Source: Octopus vulgaris (Eukaryota). From it: a stretch of 64,000 nucleotides of DNA. The number at the start of each line of letters is the position of its first letter. The stretch's first letter is position 1. The DNA lies in NCBI GenBank assembly GCA_951406725.2, contig OX597815.1, forward strand, positions 22,320,001 to 22,384,000, read 5' to 3'. Positions 1-13,013 of the stretch are shown here, piece by piece. The position numbers were made by a program, and so were the translations under genes. Below the pieces are notes generated by a model. It searched no databases. It saw nothing but the letters and a program-made list of their open reading frames with translations, and was not told the origin of the DNA.

Positions 1-300
1 CTCGGGCTGACCAATGCCTTGTGAGTGGATTTGGTAGACGGAAACTGAAAGAAGCCTGTCGTATATATGTATATATATATGTGTTTATGTGTCTGTGTTT
101 GTCCCCCTAGCATTGCTTGACAACCGATGCTGGTGTGTTTACGTCCCCGTCACTTAGCGGTTCGGCAAAAGAGACCGATAGAATAAGTACTGGGCTTACA
201 AAGAATAAGTCCCGGGGTCGATTTCTTCGACTAAAGGTGGTGCTCCAGCATGGCCGCAGTCAAATGACTGAAACAAGTAAAAGAGTAAAAGAGTAAAAGA
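1..300 (+). mobile_element. SINE family A, 3' part (5' end cut by window edge)
   Basis: Near-identical to 3645-3933 and 55475-55790: internal (TA)n(TG)n tract, tail GGTGCTCCAGCATGGCCGCAGTCAAATGACTGAAACAAG then (TAAAAGAG)n. Confidence 0.9.
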
Positions 301-434
301 TATATATATATATATCTGCATATACACGTATGCACAAATACATATACATCTGTATATGCATAAAAATGCATGCATACATATATACACATGTATATACACG
401 AATGAACTTGTACATCCGAGTATATATATATATA

Positions 435-645
435 ACGGGAAGCTTTATGAAAATAAACAAAAGACGAAGGCAGGTGGAAAACAAACGAACAATTGTATTA
501 GTATGGCGCTCAGGAAATATAAATAAAACAAGTCTTTAACGTTTCGAGCCTACGCTCTTCAACAGAAAGATACACAGAGAGAGAAAAACACAAAGAAGGA
601 GAGAAAAAAAATGCGTGCAGTAGCTAACGAATCAACATGGCGATC
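435..645 (-). mobile_element. Penelope-like pLTR/3'-end fragment next to a (TA)n tract
   Basis: Homologous to 19680-19865, which lies downstream of a GIY-YIG ORF, and to 48370-48540. Contains a hammerhead-like motif. Confidence 0.75.
533..570 (-). ncRNA. Minimal type I hammerhead-like motif (variant core)
   Basis: Minus strand reads UCUUU-CUGUUGA-A-GAGC-GUAG-GCUC-GAAACGUU-AAAGA: 5-bp stem I, 4-bp stem II, palindromic ACGU helix III. Core has U at the normally invariant A6. Confidence 0.55.
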
Positions 646-2334
646 TGTATATACACTCAAATATACCTACTTTCACACACACACACGCCCTCATATACAC
701 CTATATATAACGAAGTACAATTGCGAATTATTTAAATATCATTTCAAATGACGTAAGCAACACAATATCCTCCTTGGAGAGACTTAAAAGAACATGACAT
801 AGTCAGAAACTATACATACTGAACATTTGACCCCCACACTTCAACAAGTTTAATGGCCGAACGCCAACTCATTGGTTGTCAAAACAATATAAAGTTTAAT
901 CCCTGGATAACGTTAAACCATAAATATGCCTTGTTATGTTTTGATTTATTTTTATTGATGAATATATATATATACTTTGTTGATATTTTGTTAGGTTCTG
1001 GCTATTTATGTGATGCATCACCAAGATAAATATATAGTTCTGTGAGAATTGACAAGAATAAATACTTGTATATTTAATCTCATTTCTATTGTGAATGTAC
1101 AGATTTTTCAACTTCCCAAACTGGTTACAATGGTTATATTACCAATACCATATTCTTTACTTTTGTTTTTCTCTATGTTGTCAGTAGTGTTGGCAGTGGC
1201 TGCAGAAATTATTATCGATAAAATCAACTGCAGGTAAAACTTATTCTGTTTTTTTCAAATTTTTTTTAAGACATAATAGTACACTTTAATAACAAGTAGT
1301 ATGTAACGTGTTGTACTTTAGTACCAGGTTATTTCTAATTCACCACATTTATGATAAATGGCGACTAAGTATATTTCGTTAGGCTTAAATAGGATCATAT
1401 AATCTAATGCGTTTAAGAGAGTAGAGAGTAGAGTGTTACTTGAATGAGATTTAGTTACTATTTGTGGTAGGCTGAGCCTCTACGTAGAAGCTACCTCGTT
1501 GATTTGCGGTTTGTTGATAAGTATGCATGCGCCTGAATGTGTGTATGTGTGTGAGTTTATTAAACATATACTACCTACTGAATATTACTGACAAATGAAA
1601 TATATCAATACGATATAAGAAACGGTTTCTGCATCAAGCATTCGTTGCTTGTTTTTTTAAAAAAAACTATACGCTTAATATTTTCATTACAACATGCATT
1701 TGAAACTTAGAATTAATCACTTCACACATCAGCCACTAATGATTTTAAGTTGTAGGGTTAACTGAAGATATCTATGTGCAGTCAGTTAATTTGCATGAAA
1801 TAGCACCTAAATTATATTTATTATCTTAAAAACCATATTGAATAATGTAGTGCTAGATGAAACGTTTTTGATAACAATATGTAGCAATTTTGGCTGCCTT
1901 ACATTGCTGAAAGAAATGGTGCGTCAAGGATATACGAAATATATCCTATCACCATCGTATATGCTACTGCTGTTGGTATCTGTTAGCGGGATTCTCTTCA
2001 AAGAAATTGCAAATGAATTTGTTGTAGATTAATATAAAGAAATAAAATGTCACATAATTCTTACTAATCTTTCAATACATTATCATAAAAATGAATGGAA
2101 AAGAAAAAACCTTTGAACACGGTTATACTTAATCACTTCACTCTTAGCTGTACACCATTGTTGCCTCACAAAAAAAATAAATAAATAAAAAGAGAATAAC
2201 ATTACATTGATTGAAATCGGATATGGAAAATATGGAAAGTCTTGTACACAAACTGCAGCGATAAGACAAACGTCCGAATGATCTACAGTATTCTAGAAAT
2301 AAATCTCTTTCATAACTCTGTAAATCACTCTTGG

Positions 2335-2723
2335 GTGGAGGTGCAATGGCCCAGTGGTTAGGGGCAGCGGACTCGCGGTCATAGGATCGCGGTTTCGATT
2401 CCCAGACCGGGCGTTGTGAGTGTTTATTGAGCGAAAACACCTAAAGCTCCACGAGGCTCCGGCAGGGATGGTGGTGATCCCTGCTGTACTCTTTCACCAC
2501 AACTTTCTCTCACTCTTACTTCCTGTTTCTGTTTGTACCTGTATTTCAAAGGGCCGGCCTTGTCACTCTCTGTGTCAAGCTGAATATCCCCGAGAACTAC
2601 GTTAAGGGTACACGTGTCTGTGGAGTGCTCAGCCACTTACACGTTAATTTCACGAGCAGGCTGTTCCGTTGATTCGGATCAACCGGAACCCTCATCGTCG
2701 CAACCGACGGAGTGCTTCCATCC
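2335..2723 (+). mobile_element. tRNA-derived SINE family C, full length with TSD
   Basis: Pol III A box (TGGCCCAGTGG) and B-box-like GTTTCGATTCC. 12-bp TSD AATCACTCTTGG at 2323-2334 and 2724-2735. Confidence 0.9.
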
Positions 2724-3540
2724 AATCACTCTTGGAGGTGTCTGGAATATATTTGGCCCTCGCTATTCTTTTTTAGATTATAATTTCTCATGTCGATCTA
2801 ACATTACACTTCTTTCGTTTCTCAATTAAATGGAATTAACGTTTCTTTAGATTTTCTTTGACGTTTACCCATGGCCTGACGTTCAACGTTATTCGAAATA
2901 GTCCGGTTTCAAACGAAGTTTCGTTTCTGTATCTTTTGATATTTAAAATTTCTTGAAGAAAACGGGTAAAAATTAGGATCTTCGAAAAGGAAATATAATC
3001 TATTGGCACCAAATATATGCATTACACAACCATGCAACTATTCATATACAAAATTACAGTGATATATAAATACATATACACACAACACATACGCTTATAT
3101 ACGTATACAGCATGTGTACACAATAATTTTATTGAGTTAATACTGTTATTAAAACGTTACATATAATACCATTAAGACATATACATTCCACTACCTAAAC
3201 CAACCATGTAACTCACCTCCCCTTTTAATGTCACGCTTACAGCACTTTCTCTGGAACTTCATCTAACAGATTTTGAGTAGAGGGAACCCGCAGGAAAGCC
3301 AGTTTGATGGATTGTACATATAATTCGGAAGTCCAGTCTACCCCCAGATTATGTCGTGTGGAAAACGTTCAGGATGTACGTATTTGTGAAATATTCTGGC
3401 ATCTATTTATTGAGCTGATAGTTCACCAGAGTTCCATTTAGTTTATTTTTAAAATCTTTTTGTTCCCCGGCCAGCTCTGTTCTAGTTGACCTTAAGGCCA
3501 GAGATCTTACAGTGTTTTGTCTTTCATTCATAGTGAATTT

Positions 3541-3933
3541 AGGCGCAGGAGTGGCTGTGTGGTAAGTAGCTTGCTAACCAACCACATGGTTCCGGGTTCA
3601 GTCCCACTGCGTGGCATCTTGGGTAAGAGTCTTCTGCTATAGCCCCGGGTTGACCAATGCCTTGTGAGTGGATTTGGTAGACGGAAACTGAAAGAAGCCT
3701 GTCGTATATATGTATATATATATGTATGTGTGTGTGTGTTTCTGTGTTTGTCCCCCTAACATTGCTTGACAACCGATGCTGGTGTGTTTACGTCCCCGTC
3801 ACTTAGCGGTTCGGCAAAAGAGAACGATAGAACAAGTACTGGGCTTACAAAAGAATAAGTCCCGGGGTCGATTTGCTCGACTAAAGGCGGTGCTCCAGCA
3901 TGGCCGCAGTCAAATGACTGAAACAAGTAAAAG
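3541..3933 (+). mobile_element. tRNA-derived SINE family A, full length
   Basis: Head GGCGCAGGAGTGGCTGTGTGGTAAG...GGTTCAGTCCC (A/B boxes). Highly similar copies at 50836-51262 and 55378-55790. Confidence 0.92.
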
Positions 3934-4647
3934 AAAAAAAAAATATCCTGCAATATATAATTTCTTTCCTTAAGTTGGTAGTATATCATTTGACAGTGAT
4001 TTGGCTGTTAACTCAAGCAAGTCCAATGGTCACAAACAAGCCCTGGTGGCGTGACTGATATTTTAATCACTGCTGATAATTTCATTACAAGTATTGTTAT
4101 TGTGAACGTTGTAACAAATGTTGTTATTGCTTTCAAAGACGTTGGAGACTAGCCAAGAAGCGTCGGGTTCTAATTATTGTTACAGATATTCAAATATTAT
4201 GCAATAAAATATATTTTACACTGAATGATAAAGAAATGTCTTTCGACGGATAACCGCGTTAATATCGACTGTAATAACACCACTGATAAGGGTGTTGTTG
4301 TTGTTTCTGCTGCTGTTGTTTTTGTTGTTTTGTTGTTTCTACTGCTGTTGTTTTTGTTGTTTTGTTGTTGGAGGTGGTGGCGGCGGCGGTGTAGATTATG
4401 GTGAAGGTAATAGTGATGATGACGACGATGAAGTTTTTAGCAACAACAACTGAGATATGTAATATTTATTTACTATAGATCTTTGCCTAGCAAACTGGAA
4501 GCTAAGTTCGAATCTTGATTGAAGATTTCAGTTACTTGTGTTTACAATGCTTGGATATATTAACACTTCAATGTAAAGGATTCAACTTTTCACTTTCTCC
4601 ATCTTTAAAATATATTTGCCCCTTAAAAAACGTAAAGCTTTTACTCT

Positions 4648-4960
<313 letters not shown>

Positions 4961-5301
4961 GATGAGGGGAGAAAGGAGGATGGCGAAATGATAATGTTGG
5001 TATTATATAGCCTATAATTAAGGATATACTTTAGTTACATGTCGTGTAAATAGGATATGTACTGAAGACACGGTTGTTTGGCTTTATATTTGGTTACGTC
5101 TTTCTGGTATCGCGCTTGCATTTCATTGCTGTTGGCATGGAATGCTTAGCATTAGTGAGCATATGTGTATAATGCTGTAAGCGTATGTTTGTAGGTCTTA
5201 AGTTTGTAGCCCATAATTATGTAAGGTCCTATGTATACGTGAGAGTGTGTTGTGCGTGTGGCTGTGTATACATGTGTGTATATATATATATATATATATA
5301 T

Positions 5302-5535
5302 GTTTCTTTATTACCCACAAGGGGCTAAACATAGAGGGGAGATAAACAAGGACAGACAAACGGGTTAAGTCGATTATATCGACCCCAGTGCGTAACTGGT
5401 ACTTAATTTATCGACCCCGAAAGGATGAAAGGCCAAAGTCGACCTCGGCCGAATTCGAACTCAGAACGTAGCAACGGGCGAAATACCGCGAAGTACTTCG
5501 CCCGGCGTACTAACGTCTCTGCCAGCTCCCCGCCC
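5302..5535 (-). mobile_element. SINE family B inserted in (TA)n
   Basis: Reverse complement of 16770-17003 and 39036-39255. Central GTCGACTTTG(G)CCTTTCATCCTTTCGGGGTCGATAAATTAAGTACC resembles the Nin/Deu SINE domain. Confidence 0.9.
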
Positions 5536-5566
<31 letters not shown>

Positions 5567-5997
5567 TTCATTTTTAGAACTGTGCAAATTGTTTCTTTAT
5601 GTCTGTATAAGCATAATTACGCATTGTGGCGTTGTTGCAAATTTATTTTGCGTGAGACTCTGTGCATTCATATTCATTCTGTATTTATACACTTCATGCA
5701 TTCACACACACACGTACAAATCGTACATTCCCAACATGGAATTATATATACACATACACATAAACAAGCGCATACACACATATATAACTGTGTGTGCATG
5801 TATACACATACAATCATACATACTTGCATGCATACATAATGGATACAAACCCAGATAAGTACACAGGGACAAATGTATCGTATAGTTATGCGTGTACGTT
5901 TCTGTAAGTGTATGAAAGCGAAACCATTTTCATCTAAGTATGCTTGCGATCAATGATTGTATTCTAGTAGTATGATATATTCATCGTGATAGTACAT

Positions 5998-6000
<3 letters not shown>

Positions 6001-6074
<74 letters not shown>

Positions 6075-6195
6075 ATATATACATACATGCATACATACAT
6101 ACATACATACACGCAAACATACATAGAAACATACATACATACCTACATGCATACATACATACATACATATATACATACATACATACATACATACA

Positions 6196-6229
<34 letters not shown>

Positions 6230-6230
6230 A
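6001..6230. repeat. (CA)n-(TA)n-(TACA)n microsatellite
   Basis: Direct inspection. Confidence 0.95.
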
Positions 6231-6599
6231 AATACACGCACACACAGAGATACAACATACACATAAGCAATATCGAATACACGTATGCACGGTATGTGTT
6301 TTGCCAGTTCGTGGTCAGGCTGCGGTTGTAGGCGTAAAAGAATATATCCTCATCAATTCGCCTGGTGTTAAAATACCTGGAAATCATAGAGACATGCCAA
6401 ATAACTCGCATCATGTCCCCTTACTGGAGTGATAGACATTAATGTTTCGTCATTTTGTGACTTGTCAATACCGCACACCCGAAACGAATCCAGATGTAAG
6501 TTAAATCGCTGTCTATGACTATATGCAAAATGGCGTGAGAATCATTTGCTAGTATGTCCCACTAAGAAAGCGTTAAGACTATTTGAGTTAAGAGAGTTC

Positions 6600-7330
6600 G
6601 CGGTGTTTGTAAATATGTAGTTGAGTTCGTGTGTTGGTTGACCTGCCGATGTGTACACCCAAGTGTGAGCATTATTCACATAGGTATCTCAGTTGGAGAA
6701 TGTTTGGTATGTCTTACAAATCCCCAGTGTGCCACTAATATACTGGATTTGAAGAATCCGTGTCAGTTTTTTTTTTTTGTCATTTCCCGTGAAATAAAGT
6801 TATTCTACGCTTTTGTACATCACCTAATGCACCTATGATTACAGGTACAAATAAAAATTCATAGTCAGGGTACAAGAGCTGTAAGTTCCGCATTAATTCG
6901 CCATAATTTTTTTCTTTTTCCTGGACCTTTGATGGTACATTCACATCCGCTGAGCAGCTGACCTCAACAACATTGTATGGCTTTCCTTCCCTGTCCCACA
7001 GAAGAACATCAGGTCCGTTATGTTTGCACTGAGTTGATGTTTTTTTTTTTTTTGGAATGTTCCACTAATATTCAATGTTTTTGAAAATCTGACATTGAAT
7101 ACTGGTGGAACATTCCAATAAAAACATCATCTCAGTGCAAACTTAACAGACCTGATATTCTTCTGTGGGACAGGGAACGAAATTCATGCACTGTTAATGT
7201 ATACGTCAGGGCAGTCTTTTCTTGCAGATAGCATTGTAAATAGTCTTTGAAATTATATCATGCCTGCGGAACAGGTAGAATCCCGTAGCTACTGATGTGG
7301 ATGATATCTTCCACAGCTTGATAGTGTATG
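6600..7330 (-). mobile_element. Degenerate non-LTR retrotransposon C-terminus (zinc-knuckle remnant and restriction-like endonuclease, R4/Dong-type) with internal inverted duplication
   Basis: Minus strand translates TSTQCKHNGPDVLLWDREGKPYNVVEVSCSADVNVPSKVQEKEKNYGELMRNLQLLYPDYEFLFVPVIIGALG (PD..E..K/Y RLE). 7200-7320 gives AVEDIIHI and RRHDIISKTIYNAI. Confidence 0.85.
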
Positions 7331-8261
7331 TGATTTTCAAATTTTTTTCAAATTAAAATTTTAACATTTTGCTATTATTTCAATTATTAAATTTTCATTC
7401 TTTTAAGGAAAATAACTGTTTTGAAATAGCATGTCTTCCTTAGCGAACAAGATTTTATTTTCACACAACCTGTCTTATACTTGGTTTGTATTTAGAAATA
7501 ATTCTGATCAAATGACATTTCCATGTTGACCTAAATAATTAGCTTGGTTCTACATGCCTTCTCTGTGTATTTGAATTGGTCAGTTATAGTTTCAACGGGG
7601 CAGGAATTTTGCCATAAACACTCTTCAATTTGACAGTTGAGATTAAAAAAAAACAACTAAATATCATATTACAATTCTAGCATGATATGATAAAGGCATT
7701 CTCTAAGTATGTCTGTTGAAAATCTCCCCCATCCCTAGTGTCAAATGCTGTTTGGTTTACTAACCCCTTCTCTTGGATTGTGAAAACAAAACCTTCAAAA
7801 TGTAACGTGATGTAAGATTTACGAGTTCAAAAGTGACTACACGTCGTTTTAATATTAGCATCATACTGAAATTTATCGAAAACGTGTACATGCATAACCA
7901 TTTTGTGTTATTCAGCATTCGTCTTCCAGGTCTTTGTTGAGGTTCGTTAGTCTAGTAACTCTGGAGTCTCACAATAGATCATTGAGGAGTGAATACTTCA
8001 TGAATAGTTCACTACCAACCCATTGGATCATGTCCCCTTCACTTTCGAAAATTCAACTGCATATATATTTTTACATCTAAGTTGATGTTATGTTCGTGTG
8101 TATACATGAATATATGGATGGATGAATGAAAGGACGGACGGATGGGTTTATGCAGTTTATGCACGTATGTTCGCGTCTTTTTCTAAGTATATTCTGTTTA
8201 AACATCCGATTCCGTGCTTCGTCATATAGTGCTATGGATAATCTGTAGTCGACTTTTACAG

Positions 8262-8410
8262 TATTATTATTTTTATTTTTATTTTTATTTTTTTATTTTA
8301 TCTAGTTTCAGTTCACGAGCTGTGGCCATGCTGGGGCACCGCCATTTGGTGTTGCTACATGATTTTACTTCACGAATTCCTTTTTAGCAATTGTCATTTG
8401 GTGCATGAGA
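8262..8410 (-). mobile_element. Short 3' fragment of CR1/L2-like LINE
   Basis: Closely matches 15175-15300, with an A-rich (AAAAAT)n tail on the minus strand. Confidence 0.85.
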
Positions 8411-9867
8411 ATCATATTTCCTCACGGGAGACTATATTGATGAGAAGTAATAATCAGTCACTTTTCCAGTGTTAAAGGGAAAAAGTGGAAAGCTTAGCTT
8501 TAGCTATTGCCAAAGGTAACAATAAGAAAAACAAATTTTTCTTGCTAATTTTGTTGTTGCTATGATACTATTAGTTTGTTTGTTAACGCTGTGTTTGTTG
8601 TCATTTTTAGTTATCCTAGATTGACCAGACCTCTGGCTACTTGTGTTTCATTCCCCTACCACCACCACTTTAATTCCCCTACCACCACCACCCACTATCC
8701 CAAGTAGTTTAATCAATATATCAAAAAGGGTATTTAGATAGAATACTAGAGTATCTTGAAAAATGTGCTACTCTAAATGTCTTTTTCTATTCACACTCAT
8801 CTTTCTAAAACTTTAAAATAGACCATTTTTAATTGGCAAAGAAGGGAGCAGAAAAAGAGATGATAGATGATTACTACATTCCAAATTTGTCAAAAGTCAA
8901 ATCATTAAGAAGAGTGGAAAAAATATAGGGAAGAGCAAAAAGATAAACTATCGCACTCTAATCCTCCCCCCACTATCCAAAGTAGTTTTAACAATATATG
9001 AAACGTATTAGATACTGAGCAAGGTTGGCAAAAAATTAAACATGTTGGCTTGGCTTCGAATGGACCATGTTCTTTTGAACTATATTGTTTCGAACAGTTC
9101 GTATGGAATCATATTTATGCTCTTGTGTAGACTATTGAGAAACATTACATTATTTGTTCCAATGCAAAACTTTACTGTGAGAAAAGAAATGACAGTTTTA
9201 AAATGGTCTTCATAGGGCGCCAATTTATTTTCAAGAATCGGTCAGTCATAGATAAATACAATAGAATTCATAGTAACTACAAAATGATTTAGCAAAAGAA
9301 ACATTTAACAGTTTTTTTATCTGCACTTCTTTCTTTATTCTATTCTTTTGAATGATGGTTATTATATACCATCTGTCTGTTATGGCTGCCATGGATTATC
9401 AATTTTACATTTAAATATTTTAAAAAATCTTGCTATGCAAAGAGAGTCAGTAAATATTTAGTTGATCCTCAAAGAACTACGAAATCAAAAAGATCGAGAA
9501 CCACTTCATTTTTAAGACGTCAGGATATAATTTAGAGGACTTATGACTGCTATTTCCTGAAACTCCACCAACTGACTAGAGATTCCTTCGTTGCGTTATA
9601 TTTTTAAGTGTTAGTCAAACGAACATGATCGAGAGTGGATTCAACTACATACTGAATATGTTAAAGTTTACTTAGGTTTATTAGGCAAAAAACATTATTA
9701 GTGATAGCAATATAACTATATATCAGATATATGTAAATGATTATTCACGGATACATATGTGCATGAAATAATGAAAAATATGCGTCATTTGTCTGGTTCT
9801 ATGCACGTAATAAAATTTCACTGTAAACAAGATTTGTATATTTGCATGTAAGCTCACACACACATAA

Positions 9868-9884
9868 GTGTGTGCATGTGTGTG

Positions 9885-9964
<80 letters not shown>

Positions 9965-9985
9965 TGTGTGTGTACGTGTGTGTAC
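9868..9985. repeat. (TG)n microsatellite
   Basis: Direct inspection. Confidence 0.95.
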
Positions 9986-10219
9986 GCAGGTAGAGATATG
10001 AATTCTTCATACATTTGTGAATGTTTGACTGGGTGTTGATGTAAGAACGTAGTAATAAGTGAGGGATTTCAGGAGTTATAGAGAGAGAGAGATGCGACAA
10101 TGAAAACGTATAAGTATGAGAAAGAGAGGGATGTAGGGATGTAGAGATGTGAAGGAGAGGGAGAAAGAGAGAGAGAGAGAGAGAAAGAGAACAAAGATTG
10201 TTTGAAAATAAAGAAAGAA

Positions 10220-10269
<50 letters not shown>

Positions 10270-11081
10270 AAAAATGTGAAAGGAAAGAGGCATAGAAAAA
10301 TAGGAAAATAGAAAGACAGATTGACAAATGAAGGGAAAGAGAAAGAGGATTATAAAAAGAACGACTGCCGGTTAGAGTATTTGCATGTGAGAAGTAGAAG
10401 GAGAGGGTGGGGCATATTGGAAGATAATGCGGATGCTGTCCGGACGTTGATCTCACTAATGTAGGAAAATTAACTGAAGCGATATCTCTTATGTATTCTG
10501 CTCTTCTACTTCTTTTTCATCTCTCTCCCTCCCCCCTCTCTCTCTCTCTCTCCAGCACTTTTGTATCCCCCTTTTGTCTTGACTGTAATATCACAAACAA
10601 TATAAAACAGTCGTCGTGTCTCCGGATGATTACAAACTGTCATCGTGTCTCCGGATGATTACAAATATGTTATCATGCAAAGTGCTCTTGTAGCAATACA
10701 TCTAATCATATAGATACAATTTCCTCGTTCAGCTTGGTGGTCATTCTATCTCTGTGATTTGGTAAGATCATTTTAACCGAGTACTAAACACACTCTGTTG
10801 TTTGATACATTGGTTCGCACTTTAGGATGTTTAATGTATTGGTACAAAACACTGGTGTATATGTTAGTGAGTAAGTATATTACAAACAAGTGTGCACTTA
10901 ATGACTTTTTATTGATTCGCGTATGAGTGTACTTGAGTGTTCAGAGTGCGTTGCATGTTTTTAAGTTTCATTTGCAGCAAACGTATATTTTTTTTTTACT
11001 TCTTTGGAAAATATTGCGACTAAACCTGATGTAGCTTTACATGAATCATGGCTATATATATCTATATATACATATACATAA

Positions 11082-11177
<96 letters not shown>
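11082..11177. repeat. (CA)n(TA)n microsatellite
   Basis: Direct inspection. Confidence 0.95.
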
Positions 11178-11179
<2 letters not shown>

Positions 11180-12905
11180 AGAGAGGGAGAGAAAAGAAAG
11201 AGAGAACGGAAACATTTACAGAAACAAAAAATTGAGGCAAGCCTGGATAATTCTAAAACAACTTCCTGTCCCAACTAATCCAACCCTTTAGGTAAAAGCA
11301 CTTCCTAATGTTTTCCAATGTTTCCAATTGGAGAATTCCTATTGAATACGCTTTATTTTTAACAAAAAATAATTTACACACCAAAGCTTTTAGATGTTTG
11401 ATATTTGAAATATGAACAAGTTTTAATTCAGTAAATGAAAATGGCCATAGCGTTAGTAAGGAGTAATGTTATCAGAGAGTTGAAACGGGAGGGTTTTGAT
11501 ACTTAATAATGACCAGTTCACCTCTATTAAATTTCTAATGCTTTGAAAAAGCAATGGATGACACAACAGTCTAGTATTTTATTCTATACATATATATATT
11601 TTATGCCTATTCACAAACAAATAATAATAATTCTTAGTACACGATCGTATTGCACCTTCATCTTTTCATGACATTTCTAAAGCATAGCTTCAAGAAAGGA
11701 TAACATTATTGGTAGAATTAGCTCTCGAGTTGATATTGTTTCTACTGTTGTCAATTATCTAAATTTTGGGACTTAAATTCATAGCCAGTTAGGGCAAATT
11801 ACCTGGTGAACTCATATCTGTTTGCAGCAACGGTAGTTATTCTCTTAAATTAATCAGATTCAACAGAAATCATAATTACTTTTAAGCGTAAGAAACTTGG
11901 TGCAGCCATCATAAACACAGAGGAATAATGACGCACGAACTGGAAATCTTAATTTTGTAGTTGCTGCTGTTGTTTAGCCCCAGGTTAGCGTTGATCAGAC
12001 AGATCTATAGTCAAAGTATCTGAGACAGTAAAATGTTTGGCTTTTAAGTAATGGATACATCAGTGAACAGTCCTTAAGTGGGTGCAGTATGACTGAACAG
12101 TAAAGAAGTTCGCTTCGCAACTACTAGTTTCTGGGTTCAAAACCACGGAGTGAAACTTCAGGCAACTATCATTTTCTACAGCCGCAGGACGATCCAGATT
12201 TGTGAGTGAACTTGGATAGAAGGAAACTATATAGAAACTTGTCGGATGGATTTCATCTTTCATTTAAAATGTATAGCCTTGTCACACACTGTGTTAGGTG
12301 TAAATTCTATAGAAAGGTATAACTCTAAATCTGGTGGCCTCTATATTCATGTACATCATAGTGCAACTGTAGACCACTATAATACCTACATTTTATTTGC
12401 CACTATACATTTGTAAGGCCACTGTATATCTGAAGGCGAATATTTATTAGATCGGTATGAAACGTTAGAGTATTAAGACATATTGTAAATTCCTAAAGTG
12501 GTAGAAGCGCTGGGACCGATGTATTATTAGGAGATGATGTTAGATTCTTATGTAAATAAGTTATTTTTTATTGACTGTCACTAGTCCGGGAACTTTTTGA
12601 TCCCACCTCATACGATTGAAGAAGTAACAGTTTGTAATTTTCAAACATTTTTTTTTTCTATTCATAAAGAATTTCAGATACAAACACACGCACCGGTCAC
12701 ATATTCATATAATTCCCACTCGTGCGCTTGCTATTCCTTGCATGCATAAAGAGAAAATTGTGCTGGAGATGGAAAAAGCTAGAGCAAGAGAAGAGTTTCA
12801 AATGGTGGGTAAATGAGCGATTACATAATTTCATTAATTTATTGATTAATTGAATAAATGATTGATTATTCTTTTCTTAGATATAATTATAAAGATTATA
12901 CATAC

Positions 12906-13013
12906 CTCTCCAAGAACAAACGCCAATTAATCGGATGATATTGGCATGCTTTAAACTTCTAAGTAGGATAAATTCTGACCAAAGATATTGCCTGTCATTT
13001 CCACTCGAACCAT
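12906..13013 (-). CDS. Internal exon of a receptor-type tyrosine kinase-like gene (alphaC helix to beta4)
   Basis: Acceptor tttattgtag, donor G|gtatgt. 108 nt, phase 1-1. Encodes (N)GSSGNDRQYLWSEFILLRSLKHANIIRLIGVCSWR, matching the TK pattern L.SE...L..L.H.NII.L.G.C. In frame with the 15768-15918 exon. Absent from the ORF track. Confidence 0.88.

Noticed and set aside
1325-1403. Minus-strand DYMILFKPNEIYLVAIYHKCGELEITW as the next kinase exon (hinge-like IYLV..Y...GEL)
   Set aside because: Weak splice sites, about 10 extra residues, no hinge Glu and a stop soon after. Probably chance.
2335-2410. tRNA gene
   Set aside because: The tRNA-like region is the head of a SINE with body, tail and TSD.
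6290-6435. Open frames on both strands in a locally GC-richer patch
   Set aside because: No recognisable motifs or consistent splice sites.
10608-10665. 29-bp tandem duplication GTC(G/A)TCGTGTCTCCGGATGATTACAAA
   Set aside because: Only two adjacent copies with no spacers. Not CRISPR-like.
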